Below, in pieces: positions 56,463-64,000 of a DNA stretch of 64,000 bases. Source of the stretch: Patescibacteria group bacterium (GTDB lineage: Bacteria; Patescibacteriota; Minisyncoccia; GWC2-36-17; M10-OD1-4); NCBI GenBank assembly GCA_038061695.1, contig JBBTYT010000001.1, positions 1,339-65,338 on the forward strand, given 5' to 3'. The notes below the pieces were generated by a model that saw only the letters and a program-made list of their open reading frames with translations, was not told where the DNA came from and did no database searches. Within the stretch, counting starts at the first letter, position 1. Every line of letters starts with the position of its first letter. The translations under genes and the position numbers were made by a program.

Positions 56463-57497
56463 ATGTTAAATAAAATTTTTGGATATTTTTCAAAAGATAT
56501 CGGGATAGATTTGGGCACCGCAAATACCCTTGTTTATGTTAAGGGTAGGGGTATTATAATCAATGAACCATCCGTTGTTGCTATAAATCAAAAAACTGGA
56601 CAAGTTCTAGCTATAGGTATTGAGGCAAAAAAGATGATTGGCAGAACGCCAGGGCATGTTGTAGCGGTGAGGCCTCTTGTAGATGGTGTTATCTCTGATT
56701 TTGAGGTTACCGAGCAGATGCTTAAATATTTCATAGATAAGGTTCACAAAGAATCTTTTTCTCTAATACCAAGACCAAGAGTCGTCATTGGTATTCCTTC
56801 TCAGATCACAGAGGTTGAAAAAAGAGCAGTGGAAGAGGCGGCAAAAAATGCCGGAGCGAGAGAAGTTTATTTAGTTGAAGAGCCTATGGCGGCCGCTATT
56901 GGTTCAAGAATGCCTATACATGATGCAGTTGGAAATCTAATTGTTGATATAGGTGGTGGCACAACAGATATAGCTGTTATATCTTTAGGTGGTGTCGTTA
57001 TTTCTAAAAATTTAAAAATAGCAGGTGATAAATTGAATCAGGACATTATAAGATATGCTCATGATGAGTATAAACTTCTTATTGGCGAGAGAGCGGCAGA
57101 GGATATTAAAATATCTATAGGCTCGGCTTATCCGCTGGAAGAAACCTTAACTACCCATATGAGAGGTAGAGATCTTGTTTCAGGGTTACCAAAAGAAATT
57201 ATTGTTACGGATGTTGAAATAAGAAAGACGCTTTCTCGCTCGGTAGGTGCTTTAATTAGTGCTATTAAGTCAACCATAGAATCAGCTCCTCCTGAGTTAG
57301 TCGCTGATCTCTTAAAAAATGGTATTATTTTAACTGGTGGAGGTTCTTTGCTTCGAGGTCTTGATAGGGCTATAGAGGAGGATACTAAAATATCTGTTAG
57401 AGTTGCGGAAGATGCTCTCGCTTCCGTTGTTATTGGAACTGGAATTATTATAGAAAATTTAGACAAGTTAGCCCATGTTTTAGTTTCAACTAAATAA
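56463..57497 (+). CDS. mreB: Rod shape-determining protein MreB
   Basis: DIGIDLGTANTLVYV, LIVDIGGGTTDIAVISLGG; 344 aa. Confidence 0.9.
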   Translation: MLNKIFGYFSKDIGIDLGTANTLVYVKGRGIIINEPSVVAINQKTGQVLAIGIEAKKMIGRTPGHVVAVRPLVDGVISDFEVTEQMLKYFIDKVHKESFSLIPRPRVVIGIPSQITEVEKRAVEEAAKNAGAREVYLVEEPMAAAIGSRMPIHDAVGNLIVDIGGGTTDIAVISLGGVVISKNLKIAGDKLNQDIIRYAHDEYKLLIGERAAEDIKISIGSAYPLEETLTTHMRGRDLVSGLPKEIIVTDVEIRKTLSRSVGALISAIKSTIESAPPELVADLLKNGIILTGGGSLLRGLDRAIEEDTKISVRVAEDALASVVIGTGIIIENLDKLAHVLVSTK

Positions 57498-57530
57498 AGC
57501 TATAAGTAAGAATCTTTAAGATATATTTGT

Positions 57531-58352
57531 ATGGCAAAAGGTAGTAAAATGAAGCTATTTTCTTTTTTAGTGGTGATAGTTTTTTTGTTGATTTTTTTGA
57601 GTATATTTTTTAAGAATGGTAAATTACAAAATATTATTTTTGATGTTGCTAGTATTCCAGAAAAAGCATTTTTTTTGATTGGTGATATATTTTCCAGTGG
57701 ATTTAAAATTATTTTCTCTTTAAAGAATGTTGTTATAGAGAATTCTTCATTAAGATTGGAAAATGATACTCTTGTGCAAAAGCTAGTTGATTTTGAAAAA
57801 GTAAAAAGTGAAAATATTCTTCTAAGAGAACAATTATCTTTAAGCTTAACAAAATCGTATAATCTTTTGGATGTTAAAATCACCAGTTTTGAGCCAAGTA
57901 ATCTTTTTGAATTTTTAATTATAAACAAAGGAAAGAATGATGGATTAGAAAAAGATATGCCTGTTATTTTGACCGGCAATATATTGGTTGGAAAAATTAC
58001 CGATGTCTATGATGATTATTCTAAAGTTATGCTCATAACTGACAGTAATAATAAAGTTAATGTTATTTCATTTTCTAATCAAGAAGATATTGAATCTCAA
58101 AACAGATCGTATTCTGGTGTTTTAAGTGGTTATTTTGGAAAATCAATTTTTATGGATTTAATAGAGAAGAGTTCTTTGGTTAATCAAAAAGATATGATAA
58201 TAACCTCAGGATTAGATGGTATTTATCCTGAAAATCTTATCGTTGGCTATGTTGATGTAATAAAGGATGATGATAATGCTGTTTTTAAACAAGCCTATTT
58301 AAATCCTGCTTTTTTACCATTAGACTCAACTTTAGCTTTTGTAATTAGATGA
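57531..58352 (+). CDS. mreC: Rod shape-determining protein MreC
   Basis: N-terminal TM, coiled coil, beta domain; position mreB-mreC-mreD. Minus ORF 57500-57979 is antisense. Confidence 0.7.
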   Translation: MAKGSKMKLFSFLVVIVFLLIFLSIFFKNGKLQNIIFDVASIPEKAFFLIGDIFSSGFKIIFSLKNVVIENSSLRLENDTLVQKLVDFEKVKSENILLREQLSLSLTKSYNLLDVKITSFEPSNLFEFLIINKGKNDGLEKDMPVILTGNILVGKITDVYDDYSKVMLITDSNNKVNVISFSNQEDIESQNRSYSGVLSGYFGKSIFMDLIEKSSLVNQKDMIITSGLDGIYPENLIVGYVDVIKDDDNAVFKQAYLNPAFLPLDSTLAFVIR

Positions 58353-58843
58353 AAATTTTTATATTTTTTTTCACTTTATCATTGGCTATATTTTTTCAAG
58401 TTTCTTTGATGCAAAAAATAGATTTTTATGGGGTTGCCCCAAATCTACCACTTGTTATTGTTTTTTTTCTAATATTTTTTTCTGATAATTATAAAAAAAC
58501 AATGTTTAGCGCAATGTTTTTAGGTCTTCTTTTTGATATATTTTCTGGAGTAATATTTGGAGTATTTACATTAACATTTATTGTAACAGCTTTTTTAGCA
58601 TTTGTTCTATCAGACACCATTGTTTCTCGTGATAATATATTAATCTTATTTTTTATATCCATATGCGGGACTTTATTTTATGCGTTATTTAGCGTTCTTT
58701 TAATTTATATATTTTCTTTTTTTAACACTGATAATTTAAAAATATTTTTGAATTTCATATTCTTTAGAAATATTATATTTGAGGCTATTTTGAATTCTTT
58801 ATTGATCTTTGTTTTATCGCCATTAAAAAGATTTGTGAAATGA
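58349..58843 (+). CDS. mreD: Rod shape-determining protein MreD
   Basis: 164-aa polytopic membrane protein; 4-nt overlaps on both sides. Confidence 0.6.
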   Translation: MKIFIFFFTLSLAIFFQVSLMQKIDFYGVAPNLPLVIVFFLIFFSDNYKKTMFSAMFLGLLFDIFSGVIFGVFTLTFIVTAFLAFVLSDTIVSRDNILILFFISICGTLFYALFSVLLIYIFSFFNTDNLKIFLNFIFFRNIIFEAILNSLLIFVLSPLKRFVK

Positions 58844-60792
58844 AATATTTTATAAAAAAATCGCAATCTGAGATGATAGAGCCAGAAGAAATTCTTCTAG
58901 ACAGACATTCATCAGAAAAACTAGATGATTCTAAGATGGAAGTTCCTATTAATAAGAAAATTTTTATATTATTTTTTATCTTAATTCTTTTTTTATTCGG
59001 TATTTTTATTATGCGTTCAATAGAGCTTCAACTTTTTAAATATAATGAATATTCTGGTTTAGCGGAAAATAATAAAACAAGAAGTTATCCAATACTTGCA
59101 AATAGAGGAATAATTTATGATAGAAATATGAATCAGCTTGTTTACAATGTGCCGAGTTTTGATCTTGTGGTAATCCCTGCAAATTTGCCAAAAAATAAGC
59201 TTGAAAGAGAACAAGAACTGATTAAGGTGTCAGAGCAGTTTGGCATTGGCAAGGAAGATATGTTAAATAAATTTAAAAAAGTTGATGCTGTATCATTGTC
59301 ACCGATATTGATTAAGGAAAATATACAGAGAGAAGACGCTTTGTTTATAGAATCGCACATAGATCAATTTGAAGGTGTTGAACTTAAAAAAAATTCAACG
59401 AGAGATTATAAGGATGGAAAATATTTTTCTCATATTTTAGGTTATACTGGAAAAATTTCTGTAGATGATCTTTTTTTAAATAAAAATTTATCATCTATTG
59501 ATTATATAGGAAAATCAGGTGTGGAGTTTGTTTATGACAATATTTTAAGAGGTATTAATGGCAGGGTTATTCAGTATGTTAATTCTATTTCAAGACTTAA
59601 AAAAGAGAGAAAAATAAGAGATGATGTAGTTGGTAATAATATTGTGCTTTCTATAGATGCCGATCTTCAAAGGATCATATATGATGAATTATCAAACCAG
59701 CTGGCAATTAATCCGACTGCAGATGGAGCCGCAGCAGTTGCTGTGGATCCAAAGACAGGTGAAATATTAGCTTTAGTTTCTTTGCCTTCTTATGATAATA
59801 ATATTTTTTCTAAAGGTGGTTTGAGAAGTGAATATAAGAAGATGATAGAAGATGAAAAAAAACCGCTTTTTAATAGGGTTGTTTCAGGCACTTATTCTCC
59901 AGGATCTGCTATAAAGCCTTTCATAGCATCAGCTGGACTGGAAGAGAATATTATTACAGAGAATACAAAAATACATGATACAATAGGATATATATCAATT
60001 CAAAATCAATATAATCCTGAGATAGTTTATACATTCAAAGATTGGAAAGCTGGTGGACATGGAATAATATCTATTAGAGATGCCCTCGCCGTATCATCAA
60101 ATGTGTTTTTTTACACAATCGGTGGTGGTTATGGTGATGTGGTTGGACTTGGTATGTCTAGGATTAAAAAGTATCTTAATCTTTTTGGTTTCGGTGATAT
60201 TTTAGGGATTAATTTAAATGGTGAGAGAGCAGGAATAATACCAGATCCTGAATGGAAGCAGAGGATTAAGGATGAAGATTGGTATATTGGAGATACTTAT
60301 AATTCGTCAATCGGACAAGGAGATGTATTAGTCACGCCACTTCAGATTGCTATGGCAACATCTGCAATAGCAAATAATGGCACTCTTTTTGAACCACACC
60401 TTGTAAAGGAGATAATAGATAAAGATCAAAATGTAATATCTAAAATATATTCAAAAGAGATGAGGAGTGGATTTATAAAAAAAGAAAATTTACAAACTGT
60501 CAGAGAGGGAATGAGGATGACTGTGACGGAAGGGTCAGCAAAAAGACTTTCTGATCTGCCTGTTGTAATTGCCGGAAAAACAGGAACAGCTCAGGTATCA
60601 GGTGATAATACTAATGCTTGGTTTACATCATTTGCGCCATATGAAGATCCAAATATAGTCTTGACCATATTAATTGAAAGGGGTGGTGAAGGCTCTGCGT
60701 CAGCAGTGCCGGTGGCTAGAGAGATTTATAAAAAATATTTTAAAATAAATGAACCAAAAAAACAATTAGAAGAAGAGCAACTTATTAATTAA
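58840..60792 (+). CDS. mrdA: Penicillin-binding protein 2 (elongasome transpeptidase)
   Basis: N-terminal TM, dimerisation domain, SxxK (TYSPGSAIK), SxN (SSN), KTG (GKTGTAQ); 650 aa. Minus ORF 59142-59360 rejected. Confidence 0.85.
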   Translation: MKYFIKKSQSEMIEPEEILLDRHSSEKLDDSKMEVPINKKIFILFFILILFLFGIFIMRSIELQLFKYNEYSGLAENNKTRSYPILANRGIIYDRNMNQLVYNVPSFDLVVIPANLPKNKLEREQELIKVSEQFGIGKEDMLNKFKKVDAVSLSPILIKENIQREDALFIESHIDQFEGVELKKNSTRDYKDGKYFSHILGYTGKISVDDLFLNKNLSSIDYIGKSGVEFVYDNILRGINGRVIQYVNSISRLKKERKIRDDVVGNNIVLSIDADLQRIIYDELSNQLAINPTADGAAAVAVDPKTGEILALVSLPSYDNNIFSKGGLRSEYKKMIEDEKKPLFNRVVSGTYSPGSAIKPFIASAGLEENIITENTKIHDTIGYISIQNQYNPEIVYTFKDWKAGGHGIISIRDALAVSSNVFFYTIGGGYGDVVGLGMSRIKKYLNLFGFGDILGINLNGERAGIIPDPEWKQRIKDEDWYIGDTYNSSIGQGDVLVTPLQIAMATSAIANNGTLFEPHLVKEIIDKDQNVISKIYSKEMRSGFIKKENLQTVREGMRMTVTEGSAKRLSDLPVVIAGKTGTAQVSGDNTNAWFTSFAPYEDPNIVLTILIERGGEGSASAVPVAREIYKKYFKINEPKKQLEEEQLIN

Positions 60793-60810
60793 ATTTATAG
60801 ATATAAAAAT

Positions 60811-61275
60811 ATGAAAGAATTAAAAGAGGGAGATAAAGCACCAGAATTTACATTACCATCATCATCAGGAAAGGATTTTTCATTAAGTGATTTTTTTGGC
60901 AAGAAGATCGTGTTGTATTTTTATCCAAAAGATATGACTCCAGGCTGTAGTATGGAAGCTCAGAACTTCAGGGATATTTATGATAAGTTTCAAGAGAAAG
61001 GCATTATTATTATTGGCGTTTCTCCAGATCCGATAAAGATGCATTTAAAATTTATTGAAAAAGAAAATTTGCCGTTTGAACTTTTAGCAGATGAGAGTCA
61101 TACTGTTTTGGAAATCTATGGCGTCTGGAAAGAGAAAAGTATGTATGGAAAGAAGTATATGGGTGTAGAGAGATCAACTTTTATTATTAATGAGGAAGGT
61201 AAGATAGAGAAAATTTATAGAAAAGTATCTGTCACGGGGCACGCAGAAGAGGCATTAAAATCCTGTAATATGTAA
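60811..61275 (+). CDS. bcp: Thioredoxin-dependent peroxiredoxin Bcp
   Basis: FYPKDMTPGCSMEAQ peroxidatic Cys motif; 154 aa. Confidence 0.8.
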   Translation: MKELKEGDKAPEFTLPSSSGKDFSLSDFFGKKIVLYFYPKDMTPGCSMEAQNFRDIYDKFQEKGIIIIGVSPDPIKMHLKFIEKENLPFELLADESHTVLEIYGVWKEKSMYGKKYMGVERSTFIINEEGKIEKIYRKVSVTGHAEEALKSCNM

Positions 61276-61381
61276 GAATTATAATATATATAAGTATATA
61301 TCTCAGGTATTATTGACTATTTACTATAAATGATATATTATAACTGTAATAAAGCCTGAGGGCTTTTTAAAAATAGTTTTT

Positions 61382-61585
61382 ATGAATATTTTATCAAGAG
61401 TATTTTTTTCTGTAGCGACCTATTCAAAAGAGGTTAGGTCAGAATTAAGAAAGGTTACGTGGCCATCAAAAGCAACCACTATTAATTACACACTTGCTGT
61501 AGTTGTTTTTTCCATTGTAATGATTATCTTTTTAGGCGGTCTTGATCTCGGCTTCTCTTATTTATTAAATAAGTATATATTATAA
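61382..61585 (+). CDS. secE: Preprotein translocase subunit SecE
   Basis: VRSELRKVTWPSKATTINYTLAVVVFSIVMIIF; 67 aa immediately upstream of nusG. Confidence 0.8.
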   Translation: MNILSRVFFSVATYSKEVRSELRKVTWPSKATTINYTLAVVVFSIVMIIFLGGLDLGFSYLLNKYIL

Positions 61586-61586
61586 T

Positions 61587-62132
61587 ATGGCAAAGCAGAC
61601 TATAGAACAAGGCAGGAAATGGTATGCTATTCATACTTATTCAGGATATGAAGATGCTGTTGTTAGAAATCTAAAACAAAGGATAGAGTCTATGAGTATG
61701 GAAGATAAGATATTTAATGTTCTTGTTCCAAAAGAAAAAAAGATAAAAATAAAAGACGGTAAAAGACATGTCATAGATGAAAGGATTTATCCAGGGTATG
61801 TTTTAGTTGAGATGTTAGTGACGGATGATTCTTGGTATGTTGTAAGAAATACTCCAAGAGTAACAGGATTTGTCGGTTCAGGAACAACGCCAATTTCATT
61901 ATCTGAACAGGAAATTAAAGATTTGCAGAAGAGAATGGGAGTAGAAGAGCCTAAGTACAAGATAGATTTAATTGTCGGTGATCCTGTGAAGATAGCAGAC
62001 GGACCATTTAAAGATTTTGATGGCAAGGTATCCGAGATAGATGATGAGAAGGGAAAGGTAAAGGTTTTAGTTTCAATGTTTGGAAGAGAGACGCCGGTAG
62101 AGTTGGACTTTTTACAAATAAAGAAAATTTAA
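61587..62132 (+). CDS. nusG: Transcription termination/antitermination factor NusG
   Basis: [14 protein letters not shown] domain, C-terminal KOW ([18 protein letters not shown]). Confidence 0.9.
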   Translation: MAKQTIEQGRKWYAIHTYSGYEDAVVRNLKQRIESMSMEDKIFNVLVPKEKKIKIKDGKRHVIDERIYPGYVLVEMLVTDDSWYVVRNTPRVTGFVGSGTTPISLSEQEIKDLQKRMGVEEPKYKIDLIVGDPVKIADGPFKDFDGKVSEIDDEKGKVKVLVSMFGRETPVELDFLQIKKI

Positions 62133-62152
62133 TTAAAGATAAAGTTAAAAAT

Positions 62153-62578
62153 ATGGCAGGTAAACCAATAAAAACAGTAATCAAAATAAATATTAAGGCT
62201 GGAGCGGCAAATCCAGCGCCTCCAATCGGAACAGCTCTTGGTCCGCACGGTCTTAATATTCAGCAGTTTTGTTTGCAATATAACGAGGCTACAAAAGATA
62301 GAATGGGTGAAGTTATCCCAGCAGAGATTACAATATTCACAGATAGAACATTCTCATTTAAATTAAAAACACCTCCTACATCTGAATTACTCAAAAAAGC
62401 TGCCGGAGTGACTAAGGGTTCAGCAGAGCCTCAGAAGAATAAAGTTGGTAAAGTAACAAAGAGCCAAATAAGAGAGATTGCAGAAAAGAAGATGGTTGAT
62501 TTAAATGCTTACGACCTTAATCAAGCATCGTTAATCATAAAAGGAACTGCAAGATCAATGGGTATCACAGTTGAATAG
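62153..62578 (+). CDS. rplK: 50S ribosomal protein L11
   Basis: [31 protein letters not shown]; 141 aa. Confidence 0.9.
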   Translation: MAGKPIKTVIKINIKAGAANPAPPIGTALGPHGLNIQQFCLQYNEATKDRMGEVIPAEITIFTDRTFSFKLKTPPTSELLKKAAGVTKGSAEPQKNKVGKVTKSQIREIAEKKMVDLNAYDLNQASLIIKGTARSMGITVE

Positions 62579-62649
62579 ATGTAGATAAGAAAAACAATCT
62601 TGCTTTTATGCTTGATTGTTTTTTGAATTATTAGATAATTTAAATTATT

Positions 62650-64000
62650 ATGGAGCATAATACAGATATTTTCACAAATTCAATTTTAGCGGTTGCTATA
62701 TTATTGTTTTTATCCTCAGTTATATCAGTTTATCTAAAAAATATTAAGATGCCTTATACTGTTGTGCTTGTTGTGGTTGGAATATTATTAAGTATTCTCG
62801 CAAAGAATGTTGAGGCGTTCAGCTTTTTGAATATTTTGGAGCTAACACCAGAATTAATATTTTATATCTTTTTACCAGTATTAATATTTGAGTCGTCTTA
62901 TAATATAAAATTTTCAGAATTTAAAGAAAATATAGTCACAATATCGGTGTTATCTGTTGTGGCTCTTTTAATATCAACATTAATAGTCGGAGTGCTTTTC
63001 TATTTTGGACTTAAGGTGATCGGCATAGAAATTCCTTTTATAGTAACATTGCTTTTTGGGGCGCTAATTTCAGCTACTGATCCTGTCGCCACCTTGGCGT
63101 TATTTAAGGAAATGAGAATTCCAAAAAGACTTTATTTAGTATTTGAAGGCGAGTCTCTTTTCAATGATGGAACAGCTGTTGTTGTTTTTCAGATTATATT
63201 AGCGTCTTTATTTTTGGGAAGTTTTTCAGCGATGTCTGTAATATCTGGTACGTGGGATTTTGTTTATGTTGTTTTCGTAGCTTGTATCTTCGGAGCTTTT
63301 ATGGGTTATTTATTTTCCTTTTTAATAGGGAAGGTAAGAAGCTTATTTGCAGTTGAGATGACATTGACCTTAGTACTCGCTCATACAACATTTATAATAG
63401 CAGAACGCTTTTTTGGTGCATCTGGTATTATAGCTACAGTTTTTGCAGGACTTATTGTTGGAGGCTATGGCAGAAGTAAAATATCTCCTCCAGTGCGTGA
63501 AATTATGGAAAAATTCTGGTGTTATGGAGCATTTGTTGTTAATTCACTCATATTTTTATTAATAGGACTTTCTATTGATAAGGTGAATTTTCTTGAAGTT
63601 GTAGTTGCTTCTATTATCGGAATAGTAGTTGTCTTAATAGCAAGAACGGCATCAGTATTTGTTTCTTTTCCTTTTATCCATAAATTTTCTAATGAAGATA
63701 GGACACCATTTTCTTGGCAGTTGGTTCTTTCATGGGGCGGATTAAGAGGAGCGTTGGCGCTTGCTATAGCTTTGCTTTTGCCGGAAGATTTTATTTATAA
63801 AGATTTTATTTTAACCATAACGCTTTCTATAATTTTATTTACCTTAATAATTCAAGCGACGACAATTAAGAAATTGATTCAAAAATTGGGTATAGACAAA
63901 TTATCTGATGAGGAGTCTTTTGAGTTGGAAGAAGGATTTATTTTTATTGATGAGATTGTAAGAAGAAAGTTGGTAGAGATGGAGAAATCGGGAGGAATCT
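62650..64000 (+). CDS. Na+/H+ antiporter, CPA1/NhaP-type (partial; runs off window end)
   Basis: Polytopic membrane protein with FGALISATDPVATLALF (the conserved TDP motif of CPA1 exchangers); C-terminal soluble tail begins before the window ends. Confidence 0.65.
   Translation, partial: MEHNTDIFTNSILAVAILLFLSSVISVYLKNIKMPYTVVLVVVGILLSILAKNVEAFSFLNILELTPELIFYIFLPVLIFESSYNIKFSEFKENIVTISVLSVVALLISTLIVGVLFYFGLKVIGIEIPFIVTLLFGALISATDPVATLALFKEMRIPKRLYLVFEGESLFNDGTAVVVFQIILASLFLGSFSAMSVISGTWDFVYVVFVACIFGAFMGYLFSFLIGKVRSLFAVEMTLTLVLAHTTFIIAERFFGASGIIATVFAGLIVGGYGRSKISPPVREIMEKFWCYGAFVVNSLIFLLIGLSIDKVNFLEVVVASIIGIVVVLIARTASVFVSFPFIHKFSNEDRTPFSWQLVLSWGGLRGALALAIALLLPEDFIYKDFILTITLSIILFTLIIQATTIKKLIQKLGIDKLSDEESFELEEGFIFIDEIVRRKLVEMEKSGGI

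Noticed and set aside
57500-57979. 159-aa minus ORF overlapping mreC
   Set aside because: Antisense to mreC, which is positioned exactly between mreB and mreD with 4-nt overlaps; the product is low-complexity.
61276-61381. Looked for the tRNA-Trp that often precedes secE
   Set aside because: No cloverleaf can be drawn in the 106-bp spacer; it contains only a promoter-like hexamer pair and a short hairpin.

Overview
AT-rich bacterial chromosome segment with compact, frequently overlapping genes, long type IV prepilin leaders and a four-helix-bundle gene, most consistent with a Candidate Phyla Radiation / Patescibacteria-like genome. The main blocks are as follows. (1) Minus-strand ClpC-like ATPase (1-2333, partial). 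(2) A large type IV pilus locus (2456-18141): pilM/N/O, pilB, an embedded CheY-like receiver, pilT, pilC, a four-helix-bundle gene, the major pilin, three secreted repeat proteins, pilD, three pseudopilins and a PilX-like protein. This locus is peppered with a recurring CTAAAACCTAYAACCTAAAA / AGGTTTTAG palindromic motif. (3) ligA, gatC and gatA. (4) A tRNA cluster (two CAT-anticodon tRNAs plus tRNA-Asp GTC with encoded CCA). (5) Immediately downstream of the tRNAs, a mosaic accessory region (about 23.0-28.95 kb). It carries a fused PD-ExK nuclease / N6-adenine methyltransferase (Type IIG-like R-M), a YegP-like gene, a G+C-rich foreign ORF and a 473-aa protein whose N-terminal domain is TIR/ThsB-like (nucleoside 2-deoxyribosyltransferase fold). 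The region is bounded by a degenerate direct repeat of the tRNA-Asp 3' end, so it looks like an integrated defense island and is the most likely place for an undescribed system. (6) Housekeeping genes: pheS, pheT, gyrB. (7) A tandem VirB2/TrbC-like pilin, a sigma factor, an M15 peptidase preceded by a roughly 45-bp inverted repeat, an orphan sensor-HAMP protein and a UPF0182-like membrane protein. (8) gnd-pgl-pgi, a Cys-rich repeat secreted protein, ROK kinase, pyk, a house-cleaning cluster (2x NUDIX, NDT-like, MazG-like), frr, rseP, a class II Fic protein, mreBCD-PBP2, bcp, secE-nusG-rplK and a partial NhaP-type antiporter. All calls rest on reading the sequence and on motif recognition; no database searches were run.
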